Shown one piece after another: positions 10,773-24,500 of a stretch of 64,000 bases of DNA. The stretch is taken from NCBI GenBank assembly GCA_038087875.1, contig CM075989.1, positions 12,958,001 to 13,022,000 on the forward strand, written 5' to 3'. The DNA comes from Malacoraja senta. Taxonomy: Eukaryota. The notes beneath the pieces are model-generated. The model saw nothing but the letters and a program-made list of their open reading frames with translations. It ran no database searches and was not told the DNA's origin. Made by a program: the position numbers and the translations under genes. The number at the start of each line of letters is the position of its first letter. The first letter of the stretch is position 1.

Positions 10773-12272
10773 CCAGGGTGTGCTGGTGCTAAAACTCTGC
10801 AACCACCTCCCCCATCTCTGCCCTCAAGTTTCTCCAGTTAGCCTGTCCTTGCACTTGTGGTTCCTCTCCTCTAAACACGAGGCCAAGGTTGAGCTGATGA
10901 ACCCCGTCTGTCCATCATACCTCCACACCAGAATGGAAATCAGATCATTAAAGCATCCGTTCCAAATGGACTGGGGAAGTTTCCAGCAGGAGACCGAGGG
11001 ACACCTACAGCACATGCAGCCCACTGCAACAACTCCAGGGTTATTGAGGGAACCCCACACTTTATAGGGAATGGATTTTCAGAATCAAAGTTAAGATACA
11101 TTGCTATAAACATCTGCAGTCCATTTTCATCCTGGAACTCAATATTGAGCAGGCTGAGAATTTCCAAACAACATTAATTTGTGGAAGAAAATATAAATAA
11201 GGCGCAAGAAAATAGTTTCATTTGCATTTCTTGGCAGTGAGCTCATGTGCAAGGCCACGGAAAAATGAGTTAAACCACTGCTTGTAACCTCCCTTTCTTT
11301 CCAGGCAGTCACAGCGTTTAGATCAACTGATCCTCTATACCCAGCTCTGTTTGGATAGTAAAGCTGCTTACATTACAAGTTATCTGGGCCAGATTAATCA
11401 TTGCCGCTGATAAACTTTTGGTGCGATAAAGCTGAAAACGCTGGAGATGTTCAGACGGTTATGAGGTCAGAGGGGAAAGGGGTCAATGTTGCAGCCTGAG
11501 AATCCTTCACAGAATGTGTTATGAAGGCTTTATGGTCTTTACCAAACTTAAAATGCACTTTAATGTATAACATAGTAAGGCAATGATTTGGGTGCAATGG
11601 AGTGCTGCACAGTTAATGTAATCAGTCAATGGACGCAACAGATGTGACTGGCTCCGGACATGAGGGAAGAGATCTTTTTGTTGTTCCAAGTGTAGTGCAT
11701 CATTTTACATGGAACTTGGCTTGGGACAGCAAGGGCAACACAACACAACACAACTGTTAGAAATATTAAGCGAGCTTTGGCAGCCAGAACAGATCTGTCT
11801 TGATTGACACTATGTGAGCAGGAAGGGAAGGTTATCTGCACATGGACAGAAGGTGTTGGCCGTTTACTCTTAGCGTCAGATGGCATATATTCTGGTAAAC
11901 TGAATGTTTTGATAGATCGAAGATAATTCAATAGGTATCAGGTAAGTGATGATTGGCCAGTAATAATTAGAAATATTTTAGTGCTACAGAGATATTCAAT
12001 GGCTTTGATGGTTTTATGAAAGGTTCTGCCACTTGCCGAGGCAAATACCCTCAACGGTTGGCAAAAGGGATTTATAGCAACAACACTTGAGTGTAATCTA
12101 AATACTGCTTACTTATATAATTTAGCTATGGGGGCTGGGGGCACAAAGAAAGGTGGGAGGACGTGCAGTCATTTTAATGATCTGCCTGACACCTTTGGCT
12201 TTGTCAGTAATAGGTTTATTAAGGCTTTGGACAGGATGAGGTTTGTCCTCCATTTCATCGACCTTGTCTTTG

Positions 12273-12563
12273 ACATAGGTTCAAGGTGAAGGGGAAAAGA
12301 TTTAATAAGAATCCGAGGGGTAACTTTTCACACCAAGGGTGGTGGATGTATGGAACAAGCTGCCAGAGGAAGTAGTTGTGGCTGGGACTATCCCATTGTT
12401 TAAGAAATAGTTAGACAGGTACATGGATAGGACAGGTTTGGAGGGATATGGACCAAGCGCAGGCAAGTGGGACTAGTGTAGTTGGGACATTGTTGGCCGG
12501 TGTGGGCGAGTTGGGCCAAAGGGCCTGTTTCCACACTGTATCACTCTATGACTCTCTATGACT
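12273..12563 (+). mobile_element. CR1 LINE 3' end
   Basis: H.FKVKGKRF..N.RGNFF...VV..WNKLPEEVV motif; gggcctgtttccacactgta and (ctctatga)n tail. Confidence 0.85.
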
Positions 12564-13036
12564 TGCAGTCAAGCCCTACCACTTTTATTGAGAATAGCAA
12601 GCAAAGACTGAGAGGGATTTAGTATCATGACGGACATTTCATTATGTTCATTGGATAGAAATGGGTGCAGTTCCAATTTAGAAATGGACAACGTATATTG
12701 TACTTGTGCGTGATTCTCACAAGGCAAGTCGAAAAATCTCAAGAACGTGGAAAAATTCTGTAATAAGACAGGCCTCAAGATTAACATCAACGAAATACTG
12801 GGTTTTCAATGGCTCTTAAGAACAAAACATTATTTTTCAATATCGTTGAGGTGGGTTTTAAAATGTATTAGTGCTGGTACTTTCAACCATAACCTAAGTG
12901 CCAGGATCAGTCCATGGATAGGCTGTTCCATGGATTAATGGGTAATTAACTCAAGGAATCAGCTAACAACCTCTCCAGAACAAGACTTAAGCCAACCCAA
13001 AATTGGAGATTTTTGAGATCTATTTTACCCTTCATT

Positions 13037-13042
13037 TTTATT
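13037..13042 (-). terminator. Candidate AP3S2 polyadenylation signal AATAAA
   Basis: About 500 nt downstream of the stop codon; other AATAAA sites exist further downstream. Confidence 0.3.
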
Positions 13043-13536
13043 TCACACTTGCTTTGAATAAGGTATTATGGAACATTATAACTAGGTTAGAAGAGATTAT
13101 AATGTTAAAGAATATTTGCACTTCCCTAATTGTATAAATAATGGGATTTAATACTTCAGGAAGAGGGATGGTAAATTAGGTGAAAAAAAGAGTTAAAAGC
13201 TAAAGCAGAACAAAGGGAATGTTTAGACAGTGTAGAGACCAAGGTTGTTTAGGTGAGACAATGACAGGTCATCGACCAAAAATTTAATTCTGCTTCTCTC
13301 TCCATGGATCCTGCCTGACCTGCCGAGTATCTCCAGCATTTTCAGATATATCCCACATGCAATACTACTGACACATGTGCTCAACACAAACAGGTCGCTT
13401 CTGTACCTCTAATTTTGGATCTGTTAAAGGATGCGGATTCTGGACCAAACACAATCAAATCTTCTAGTGAAGTGCTGGTCATGTTGTATCTGGGGAGTGC
13501 AGTGAATGAAAAGATAACTTCATTCAAAATGTCCTT

Positions 13537-13644
13537 TTATACAAACGGGGATAGATTGGAAACTTTGATGTTGCGTGGAATCTCTGGGAGATTGATGTTC
13601 TTGACAGCAGAGACTGCACGGGCCGGAGCTGCAGAGAACCCAGC
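13537..13644 (-). CDS. AP3S2: AP-3 complex subunit sigma-2, exon 6 (last coding exon)
   Basis: tag acceptor; AGFSAAPARAVSAVKNINLPEIPRNIKVSNLSPFV*. Confidence 0.95.
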   Translation of the reverse strand, partial: AGFSAAPARAVSAVKNINLPEIPRNIKVSNLSPFV

Positions 13645-14734
13645 CTAGAACGGCAAAGAAAGATTAGTCACTAATGTCACATAGACAAACACCAAAATAT
13701 CCAGAATACCGCAGTTGCAAAGAACGTAATCACTTTATAAGCTTGTTCAAAAGGGCATTGCTCAAAGCAAATGTGAGGTTCTTCCACAAAAACTGGAGAA
13801 AGAAAACTAGGAGAGGGTAGAGAGAAAGAGATAGGTCAGTGGGAAGGTGAAAGGTGAGGAGGATATACTGTAACGTTAAATATGTACTTAGATTTACAAT
13901 TTAGTTTTGTATAAAAATGTAAAACACTCAGCAGTTCGGTTAGCATTTGATGAATGGCCCACCACTTATTTTGAGACAGTGACCACTGGTTTGACTTTTC
14001 ACCCTCCCTGTATCTACCCTGTCAAGCCCTTTAAGGGCTGTGTCTCATTTCATTGGACCTTTTGTCTTCCATTAACTACTTAATTGGCCACCTGCATTCA
14101 CAACTAGATGTAGTTAGACTGCAGGACCTCAATCTGATCCACTGTGAGATTGCTCAGCTCGGTCTACTGTTTGCTGCTTTTGCAGCTTAGCTCACGTGTT
14201 AAAGTTTCACTAGGCCAGCACCTCATTTTTAGCCAGGCTCGATGCTCCTCCTTGCAAGCCCTTCTATACACTTGAGTGAACAAGGGTTAAGCATCTGGCG
14301 TGATAATGACAGTAGTTGGAAGAATATGTTGGGCCATGAAGTTGTAGATTGGGAGGCGAACATTTTACTTGTTTCAAAAGAATGGAATGGATCACACTGT
14401 TCAGATGCTTAGTGGTGGTACAGTGGTGACGGTAAAGATCGAATTGAGGAATGTGAAATAAATGGCCTGTTAAAGTAATGGTGACCACAAAATAACCAAT
14501 TGCTGTAAAATCTCTAAGTTTTCTTCCTTGGCTTTAGGAAGACCTTCTGTATCTTCTTAAATGTAACATTTATGACTCTAAAATGCCTTCTCAGTCAAGC
14601 CCAGCAGTTTCGAGGTAAGCAATATATGCTAGCCTAGCATACAACTTTTGACAGAGGAAAGAAGAAACAATTCTGTAGATGATGTATGGTAGCAAGGGAG
14701 GCAACATCACATAGCAACTCTTTCAAAACCTCTA

Positions 14735-14868
14735 GTTTTGTTTAGAGATACAGCATGGAAACAGGCCCTTCGGCCCACCGAGTCCGCACCGACCAGCGAT
14801 CCCTGCACATTAACATTAGGAACAATTTTCATTTATACCAAGCCAATTAACCTACAAACCTGTACGTC
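14735..14868 (-). mobile_element. SINE 3' fragment
   Basis: Same family as 853-1078. Confidence 0.7.
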
Positions 14869-14989
14869 GCTACTACCATTATACCATCCAGTTTTCCACA
14901 ATATGCCTTCTATCCACTGCTCTTGCAATAGAGTGAATATTGAACTCCCACACGTTCGCATAATATACTTGCACAAGGACAATTCTTAC

Positions 14990-15097
14990 CTCTGCCTTTT
15001 CCAGTTTAGTTTGTGCCTCGACCTGAGACACAATCTCATTCATGTTGGTCTCCAACACCATTCCTCCCATTACAACTTCCTGCAGAATACAATGGAC
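14990..15097 (-). CDS. AP3S2: AP-3 complex subunit sigma-2, exon 5
   Basis: 108 bp, cag/gtaag; VHCILQEVVMGGMVLETNMNEIVSQVEAQTKLEKAE. Confidence 0.97.
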
Positions 15098-15709
15098 CTG
15101 TGCAAATATAATCAGATAAATCACCAGTTAATAAGTGCACTCGGAAATCTGATCTACTTCATGAATTCCGACAGGCTGGCAAATAATGACTAGCTTCTTG
15201 ACGATCAATCACTGGCTGGCATCAGGAACTCGCTGCCAGTAGAGGTTGTAGAATCAGATACAATCACCACGTTTTTAGGGCATTTCAAAAGCCATTTGAA
15301 TAATTAAGGCATGGAAGGAAAATTTCCCATTTCTGTGTTGTGCAACTCTATGACCCAAATCTTAAACATTCAGAATATCTTTTAACCAATGACGCACAGG
15401 TTCAGATTTTTTAATTTCATTTTCAGGATCTGGACTTTGCTGAGAAGGCTAGTATTTACTGATGCAATCCAATACATCGACCACCATCCTGCCTCCTCAG
15501 ACGCTGCTTGACCTGCTGAGTTCCTCAAGCAGTTTGTTATTTTGCTAGGATTTATTGCCAAAAAAATAGACACTGGAATAATAACAGTTGTTTAGTAATA
15601 GCACTGGAAACACAAAACAAATCTTCGACCTGAAACCTTAACTCTGTTTTAGTTCCCTCTGATGCTGTCTGTCCTGCTGAGTTCCTTCAGTAGGCTGATT
15701 GCATTCTGT

Positions 15710-16135
15710 GCCCATGCCTCAATGAATGGCATTTTTGAACTGCTGGAGCCCTTTTGCTGAAGGCGTTCCTTCAGTGCTGTTGGGAGGGAGTTAGTTCCAG
15801 GATTTAGAGACAGTGACAATGAAGGAACAGCGATGTATTACTAAGTTCGGATGGTGAACAACTTGGAGGGGAGCCTGCAGATGGTGGTGCGTCCCTGCAT
15901 CTACTGCGCTTGTCCTCCTTGGGGGCAGAGGTGGCAGGTTTGGCAGGTTCTGTCCAGATAGCCTTGGTGAGTAACCACAGGGCAATTTGTAGACAGTGCG
16001 CACCCCAGTCACGGAGCACTGGTGTTGGAGGGGTGAACGTTTAGGTTTAGGTTGGTGGATGGGCTGCAACAATTAAGCTACTTTATCATGATGAAGTTGA
16101 GCTTTTGAAAGTTGTTGGCACTGGACTCAACCAGG
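15710..16135 (-). mobile_element. Old CR1-group LINE ORF2 3' remnant
   Basis: ...PPRRT.A.DA..HHHLQ.PLQ..HHP.L.I.R.SF.V..SKSWN; related copies at ~32700-33200 (-) and ~61300-61560 (+). Confidence 0.6.
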
Positions 16136-18734
16136 TAGTCATAGAGCCATGCAGCACAGAAATATGCCCTCAGGACCACCTGGCCATGCCCATCATTGTA
16201 TTATCTAGATTTGTCCCATTTACCTGCTTTGTCCCTTAGCCTTGGTGATTCAAATGCTTGTCTAGATGCTTCTTAAACATTGGAGTCTCTGTCTCCACCA
16301 CCACCAACCAACTTCTGGGTGAAAAATATTTCCCCTGAGATCCCCACTAAACATCCTACCTCTTAACTTAGGGTTTGATTTAAGAGAGGAATTTACCATC
16401 TACACTCCTATAATTTTCTATTCCTCACTCTGATCCTTTCTCAACTCCTAGGAAAGCAAACCCAGCCTATCTAGCCTCTCCGTTGTAAGTGGAGAGCATC
16501 TCATTGCACTCTGGACGTGCCTCGGGACTGGTGGGATAGGGTGCGTCACTCTGATCTGCTCTTGCGGCCATCATATTTAAGAGGCTGGTTTATTTGAATT
16601 GCTGTTCAATGATGACCTCTAGAATGCTGAAAATACAGAACTCCAAATTAAAAAATGAAGAAATCAGTTCCCTTTTTCAACTGTATAAGTCTCTGCCTTC
16701 CCATCTCCTTCACAGGGAAAGGTGAATCAGCAAACTGGTTCAGCTTGGCTTCCCCGTCCGCTCACTTTAATCCCTGAGCAAAGAACTACCAGAAAGCAGT
16801 AATACATACGGACATTTTTGTGCACCACTGTTACATGGCGAGAGATAGACAAAAGATTGTTTAAGTTAAACTTCTCCTTCCTAGCCTGTTGCACAACTTT
16901 CAATGATTGGTGCATGTGTACTTAAGATACATAAGTGTAGCATCTTTGGTTGTAAATCAGATAAGTACATTTCAATCGTGTAGAAGGAACACAAGATTAA
17001 AGTTGAACCCTGACAACAGAATCTAACCCAATGAGCAGCAGGGTACACAGTTGTTTAGTAATTGACCTGTTTATCAGCTTTGAGCAGCAAAAGTCAGTAA
17101 GCGTATCAAGTGAGACAAGATGTATACAGTGGTGCCAATGAGAGAACCCCTGAGAATGGGAGTGAATAAAGAACTGGTCAACATGAAAATGGGCAAGGCT
17201 CCCAATAATAGGTCACTGATTAGCAACACAAGAATTGGAGAGTTTACTAAAATCTTCTCTACATTCCCAAATTTTAAGAGGACAAAGTTTATGCTTGAGA
17301 ATCGCGGTCAGACTGCGACCAGCAGGATGGAACTGCTGGGAGAGGCAGTGGAGAGGCTCGCAGGTGAAGCTGAAGGCCGTAGAGCAGATGGAGGCTAGGA
17401 AAATCTGACTGCTTTAAAATCTGCCGTGCCTGGATTACTGTGCAATATGTCAAATATTTAAAGTCACCAATAAGTTACAAAGAACAAAGACTGAAAATCG
17501 AAATGGGTCCTGAATATTTCCACATGAACTTTGGTGTTGAGTGTCTCTGAGGAACAGGACCTCTGGTCTTCAAAGCTCATCACCCAATCTGGGTGTTCCC
17601 CAGTTGTGCTGGAGCGAGCAACATCACCAGAATAGTGGCAAGCACAGCAGCTCAAGCCATTATGGTCATTATGGACATCAGCAGCTTGGACTGTGAAAAT
17701 AGCACCAAACCTTGCAACACTTGCATATAGACTCTGTGAGCTGTTTCTGTGTATTCTGTACTTAATTGGGGATTGTCCATATGGAAAGCAATAATCTTAC
17801 TGATCTGCATGCAAACACAAATCTCACAGTACCTGGTACATGTGATAATAAAAAAAGAAATAAAGTGAATCTATCTTCTTTTTAACGGATGCAGTCGAGA
17901 TCTATTGCCATTCACATCATAAACCATGATAAGGGCATAATTGGGAGTAAAGGTTTGTGAGGAATTGGTATGCAAATATAATTCTATATAAATAGCAATA
18001 AAAAAAACATTAGCAATTGTAAGGTGCTGCTTTACAAAATCTCTTCTAAAATTAAAAAACTGTCTTATCTATTTAGCTGACAAGAGCATTTTGTGATTGC
18101 CCCTGCGGAATATGAATCAGACATATTTGTATTACTACATATGCAGTAATATTGCAAAAGTCTCAGTGGAACTCAGCTCAGTAGAAAAGATATAAAATGC
18201 AGACACAGGTCGTTCAGCCCCACCATTTATGCTTTACTCCTGCTCCTCTTGTCTACCGTGTATTCCGTGTGGGCTTCTCCAGTTTTCCATTACTAATTGC
18301 TTTACATTTTAACCACTTTTTGCTCTTTGGGCAAAGAAGTTTCAACAGAATTTCCTGCTGGATTTCTTGGGGAGGTGGTTACATTCTTCCCTTTGTGGCA
18401 ACATCCTCTCCCAATCCACATCGAGAATTCGTCATTTTAACGATATGTATTAGGTCTTCATTTCTCAAGGGAAACAGAGCTCTTTTTCAAATGTCCCTAT
18501 ACATTTCTGGTATCACCTTTGTACTCTGTACTCTCACAACTGCCTATAAATCATTATAATGCAGCCACCATCATTGTATACAGTGCACCGTATGATATAA
18601 CCATGGTACAATACAGATTTAACATTACTTTCTTACTTTTCCTCTGTGAAATATAGCGTAGTGTTGGCTTGCTTTATATTTAAGTGCCCGTGAGAATTTG
18701 AGATACATTTCTATTTCAAAGTCCTTTATTCTAA

Positions 18735-19528
18735 TGGGCCTGTCCCACTTAGGCGACTTTTTAGGCGATTGCAAGAGACTTTGCAGCCGTCACATGGTCG
18801 CCACATGTTCGCGGGTGGTTGCCGGGGAGTCGCCTTCATGGTCGTGAGGAGTTCCCACATTTTGGGAACTAGTTGCGGCCTCATTATGGTTGCAGAGAAT
18901 TTTTCAACATCTTTCATTTGTCTCCTTCCCAACATGTTGAAAAATTAGCGGCGACTAGAATGAAGTCGCCATGGAGATTAGCGAGAATTCTCGAGCCGTA
19001 GGTGGGTCGCAAGGAGGTCCTCGGGTGGGTTGCCAGCAAGTGGGTTGCCAGGAGATCGAAGGTTCTCGGAGGTTGTCGTAGGTTGGAGCCGGTGCTGACC
19101 GGTGAATTTCATTGGCTCATTGGGGGAAAAAAAAAGGTAAGCAGTAGTTTTCAGAACCAGGGAACTGACCGGTAATGTTAAATGTCCGCCGAACTTCACA
19201 GCCGTGATCTGTGGCTTCTTAAAAGTTGTCTCCACTCCTTCTCCCCCTCTTTTAAAGGACTTACCATACACTGTGCTTTAGCTGTCTTAATTACAGCGCC
19301 AACCTTCCTGTTCATCGTGGTGTGTGTCTGTATCACCTTGGCTTTGCACCATGGGAATTTTTTAGACAGCGCTCCCCCCGCTTGCCCTGTCCCCTGCCTG
19401 CGATGTGTGTGTGTATGTGTGTTCCACTCTGACAGTCACCGTTCCAGTTCCCGTTTTTTCAGGCGACTGCCAGCAACTTGACAGTCGCCGGCAGTCCGCT
19501 GAAAAATCGCCCAAGTGTGACAGGCCCA
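18735..19528. mobile_element. PIF/Harbinger-type non-autonomous DNA transposon (794 bp)
   Basis: TIRs tgggcctgtcccacttaggcga...tcgcccaagtgtgacaggccca; TAA TSD at 18732-18734 and 19529-19531. Confidence 0.85.
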
Positions 19529-19666
19529 TAATCCACCTAGCCCCATTTACAAGTAATAAGTGATCTCTTCAGTCTTCCCACCAAAATGACTACCTCACAT
19601 TTATGCGCTGATTGGAATTTACCGATTAGTTATCTGTTCTTCAAGTAAACGAATATCCTCCTGCAA

Positions 19667-19767
19667 TATCCCCCAGATCTAAATCCCCAGGTCTGAAGAA
19701 GGGTCTCGACCCGAAAAGTCTCCAGAGATGCTGCCTGTCCCGCTGAGTTACTCCAGCATTTTGCGTC
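19667..19767 (+). mobile_element. 101-bp Penelope pLTR-derived insertion carrying a hammerhead motif
   Basis: ggtCTGAAGAAgggtctcgacccGAAAagtc; 13-bp TSD tatcctcctgcaa (19654-19666, 19768-19780). Confidence 0.78.
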
Positions 19768-19929
19768 TATCCTCCTGCAAGTTGTTCCAGACTCCTCAGC
19801 CATGACCATCTCTCAACCCATCTCTCAATTTGGTAAAAATTGCCTTTTGATCTGTTGTTCACACCAGCCACTCACAGCACATTCCCAACAACGACGGCTG
19901 ATGCAACATCTGATCTTTCATTTGTCTCC

Positions 19930-20470
19930 TTCCCAACATCCAAGAACCCAAGCAGTCTTTCCAAGTGAAACAATGGTTTACTTCCACTCAGTTTTAGTTT
20001 AGCGATACAGTGTGGAAACAGGTCCTTCAGTGTCTGCGCCGACCAGCAATCACCCGTGCACTAGTTCCATCCTATGTACTAGGGACAATGTTACAGATGC
20101 CAATTAACCTACACATCTTTGGAATGTGGGAGGAAATCAGAGCATCTGGAGAAAACCCATGCAGCGACTGGAAGAGTGTACAAACTCAGTACAGACCTCT
20201 TCCGACCTAATGTACTGCACTTGGTGCTTATATTGTGGTCTCCTCCACATTGAAGAAATCTAACAGAGATTGGATGAACACTCTGCCTGGCACCTCTGTT
20301 CTGTCTGCACAGGGGACCCTGAGCTGTTAATTCTCCATCCCAGTCCCACTCTAACCCAATGGTCTGTGTCCTTCTGCACTTTTATAAAAGTAGAATGTGA
20401 GCTGAGGAACAGCATCCGTCCGGGCATGTTGCAGCCTTCTGGCCTCAATATTGAATTCTACTACTTCAGA
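19930..20470 (+). mobile_element. Decayed Penelope-like GIY-YIG remnant, interrupted by a SINE (~19995-20195, minus)
   Basis: Q.P.QSFQV.Q.FT, L.YC..C..CGLL.I.E and G.LQPSGLNIEF motifs. Confidence 0.6.
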
Positions 20471-20687
20471 TAATTTAGTATCTGGAGAAAAAAACTAAGT
20501 TGGAGGAACTCTATGGATCGAGCACAATCTGCGGTGGGAGGGGAATTGTAAGTGGATTGGGAGCTGAGGAAGCTCTGGTTATGATTCATTTGTGGGATGT
20601 GGGGGACAACCCATGCGATCACAGGGAGAACATGCAAACTCCACACCGACAGTACTCGAGGTCAGGATCGAACCTGGGTCTCTGGCT

Positions 20688-20778
20688 GAAAAAGGGTCTC
20701 GACCCGAAACGTCACATATTCCTTCGCTCCATAGATGCTGCCTCACCCGCTGAGTTTCTCCAGCATTTTTGTCTACCT
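20688..20778 (+). mobile_element. 91-bp pLTR/hammerhead insertion nested in the tRNA-derived head of a SINE
   Basis: 13-bp TSD tgggtctctggct (20675-20687, 20779-20791); the host SINE (~20615-20830, minus) is colinear once the insert is removed. Confidence 0.8.
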
Positions 20779-22488
20779 TGGGTCTCTGGCTCTGTGAGGC
20801 AGCAGCTTTACCAGTTACACCACTGTGCTGTACTTGTTCCTGAGAGAGCCTTTGACTCCATCCTACAAAAGCTGCTTACTGCAGCCAGATCTACAAAAGT
20901 AAAACATTCCAACTGCAAAGCAAGGCCTCTAGGGACTGAGGGAACTCTGGTTATGGTTCCATTTGTGGGAAGGGGAGGATATTCCCTCTGTCTTCGTGAA
21001 TCTCTGCTGCAACGAGTGTGTACACACATGGTCCTCAATGGAGAAATCTGGGATCCAGTGTCAGTGACTAATTTGTATACCGAATGCCATCAGTTCTGGC
21101 TTCTGTCGCTTTAACCCTGAAAAGCATGTCCCACTTTACAATTCGTTTTCCTAGTGTCAAACATCAAATAAAGTCACACAACCTACTGTATTTGTTCAGG
21201 ACTCCTTTGCAAACATTTTGTTAAGTAAACTGTTTACTTCTAACTTATTTGACTTTAAACAAGTTTGCTAACTTAGTCACGTAATGGAATACTTAGACAA
21301 GAACGTATCCTTGATCACCATGGTTAATGGATCCTTTTACCATTGTTTACAGTTTACGCTATCAAGCAAAACATTAATCAGCCATGGTGGATAACATCAC
21401 TGATACTTACTCACTTGACAAGCATTTCTTATATACAATCCACAAACACAAATAGAATACTACCAAGCTCCTCATGTCATTTCAAAACAATCCTGTTTAT
21501 TCAGGAAAGTCAGAGTACAAAAATTTGATTGTTATCCTTTCTGCAACAACATCCAATAAACATTAGTTTAAACAAATTTCACACAATCTGGGCTAATATT
21601 CGAAATGATGGGAACTAAGTCCTTAAGATATCCAACTATAATTGTGGCTTCAATCACTAACAATCAGGGAGACTGCATAAGTAAACATGGCTTGCTTACT
21701 CTGAGCATAATGTACTAGTAAACCCAAACAAAGCCAAAGCCTCCAAAGAAATTTCTATTATAAAAGCATCTCCAGCAAAGTTTCACTTTCTTAAATCTAA
21801 CCTCTGTTCCCACAGGATGCTGTGAACTGCTGTAACGCCTGCAGCAACACAACACCAAGAGATTTACACACACTGCTGGAAAGTAAAAGAGAAGCAAGAA
21901 ACAGTTGGATGAGATAAACCATTACCCCTGAGGTGGTAAGGAATGCTCAGAGACATACGTGGAGGAGAGGGGTTTCCGTAAACAAAATGACCCTGTGGTG
22001 CTGCTCCAGGAGTGCAAACAGAATCAACATATTACCCAGCATGCAATCTTGTGCATGGCTGAGTTCAGCAAAATCTGGGTTTGTCTACAATATCCATGGG
22101 TTCTGGCTGATAGCTTCTCGTCTCGAGTCCTTCCATTTATTCTTAATCCAAAGTAAACAATGCACAATTTATATTGGAAGGCTTTATGTCGGACTGCATT
22201 GTGAGAACAGATCCCAAGTTACCAAGATAAACTAATCTGACAGCCTTCAGAGCTGATCCGATCTGAACATTTAACACTGAAATGCTCTAAACTCTATCAA
22301 CTCGGTACTACAAATGCAGTGTGTAGTTATCAGCTTCAGTATTTTACCAAACCAGATATATTTCTAAGTTCTTAGTAATATTTATCCAGCATTCTTATTC
22401 CATCAGCTATGAATGGTATGATAGAACTGAATTCCAAACAGTTATGCACAATTTAAGACAGGATAAACAGCAGCAGATGAAGACTTAC

Positions 22489-22560
22489 CTTGTCCATGTG
22501 GAATATAAGATCGAGCTCACAAACGTTTTCAAAACACTTGTCCAATGTTTCCACAAACAC
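22489..22560 (-). CDS. AP3S2: AP-3 complex subunit sigma-2, exon 4
   Basis: 72 bp, cag/gtaagt; VFVETLDKCFENVCELDLIFHMDK. Confidence 0.97.
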
Positions 22561-24344
22561 CTGAAAGAACAGATTAAGCAAACAGCAACGTATTATTCAG
22601 TGGTCAGACAATGCCAACACCATCCAATTTGTTTGACTACAATGCACTCACACAGGATTCTAGACCACCACAATTGGATAAAATGTCCATTGCCATTGCA
22701 TAGTTTGCTCGACCTTGCTCAAGTCAGGCTGTATCATTTGAAGAGAAACAATTCACATTACAGGTTGACAATCTTTTAGAGCCTGGATTGTTAACTTTCT
22801 CTCTATCTCAGACGTTGCCTAATCTGTATTTCCAGTATTTATTTAGATTTCCAACAACAATGGTGTTTTGCTCAGAACGATGGCCTGGCTTTAGATGTGC
22901 ACATCGCCACAATCAATCGTTGTAGAATGGCCCATTGGGCTTTGACCGAATTTAGACATATGGGAAGAGGAAGGCCAAAAGTGATAGGTCTGACTAGAAA
23001 CATTGAAGTCACGCCAACCACAGTATCATTATTAAAACTGGGAGTATTTATCTGTTATGCGGTTAACATTGAAATGAAGCTCAGAGAAAACAGTGTACAC
23101 ACAATTATCCACAGTCCAGAGTTTCTTGTACCATGCATCACTGACTTTTACTATTTAGCATGGATTCCTCCATTTGAAAATATGAACAGTGGATTGTGTT
23201 ACAAAGGTACACAAACTGAATCAGCATCATGAAATTTGAGTTAAAAAATGTCCCTATAATCCCCGAACATTTCAGAAACCACCTTATCACTTCACCTTAG
23301 ATAGACTACTCATCCAATAAGAAAACAAAGGAAAAGATAAGCAACTAATTTCTGGTCTGGGGAAGATTGATAACTATTACCAAGCAAATGTGCTGAGTAC
23401 ACACAACTGCTAAAACAGATAACGAGGTAAAACACGAAGCCGCTTCAGATAAACAAATTCAGAATTGCACGATATAATGATGCCCATTTCAGCCCCACTG
23501 ATCCTGCAATGTCTTTTTGATAGAGCTGTGTATCTTATTGCTTTATTTATAAGATGTGGCCATGACTGCCTATGCTAAAGGTTATTGCTTGGAGTCAATC
23601 ACAGTGGAGTTACAAAGGCCAGAGTGAGTAAGCAGAGCCCGATGCTCACTCCTTCTCCTATTTTCTTGTATTCTCTGAAGGACATTAAGAAACTAGTAGA
23701 ATTTAGTTGTTTCACAGTCACTATTACCTGTTCATATTAGATCTACATATGTTACTGAAATTAAATGCACCAAAACAACGTGCTGGATCACCAGCTTTGG
23801 GCAAATTCAGAGCAATAACCAGGCACACCCTCACCGTTGTTAACAGATGCATCCTGCCTTGCATTTATAATCTGTATTGTTCCAGGAGATGTTCAATTTT
23901 GTCTCAGGTTACTCTCTCTAAATGTTCTCCAGTTACTGGCCTTTACTTTTTAATTAATAAATCTGGCAGTGTTCCAATGCCATACATGGATTAAAGGGAG
24001 ATTGGCAACAAAATTAAAACAGAAATAATCACCTGATCCCCTCGACTGGTTTGACCGTATCTACCATCCAATGGTCACACTCTAAAGTAGATTGCGACCC
24101 AGCCCGTCGGTAAACCTCTCTCGTACAAAAACGTACTAATGGTTTACCGGCGCCTGCAGGAATCAGCCGTGGAAAATAACCGCTGTCAAGTCCTGGCCAA
24201 GAGCACCGCTGCCAAATTCAAACTGCAACCAATGGCAGGGGCCTGCATCCGAACGAGCCCCCCCATGGAAGCAAAGTGCTATGGCTACAGACTCGGCACG
24301 CAAGGCAATACACACAACGCTATCGCCTTGGCATGACAAGTTTT

Positions 24345-24500
24345 AAACATAGCGTACCAGCCACTGAACATAGCGCTACCTGCCACTGAACATAGCGCTA
24401 CCAGCCACAGAGCTTACCAGCCATTGAGCATAGAGCTACCGGCCACAGCACTATGAGGCTTTAAACATTGTGCTAACAGCCACAGCACTTTGAGCCATGG
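24345..24500. repeat. Imperfect ~22-bp minisatellite
   Basis: Unit tgaacatagcgctaccagccac, about 6 degenerating copies. Confidence 0.85.

Noticed and set aside
10775-10830. AKTL / NHLP resemblance to a Mesp/Mesogenin bHLH helix-loop
   Set aside because: Needs frameshifts, and the basic region and helix 2 (LTKIETL) are absent.
9380-13000. Possible conserved enhancers (TCF, GATA and homeobox-like motifs) in repeat-poor sequence
   Set aside because: Short motifs alone cannot support a call without cross-species alignment or chromatin data.
20500-21114. 204-aa plus-strand ORF
   Set aside because: Chance fusion across a SINE, a nested pLTR insert and intron sequence.
24345-24500. CRISPR-like repeat array
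   Set aside because: Contiguous degenerate tandem units without unique spacers, in eukaryotic DNA.
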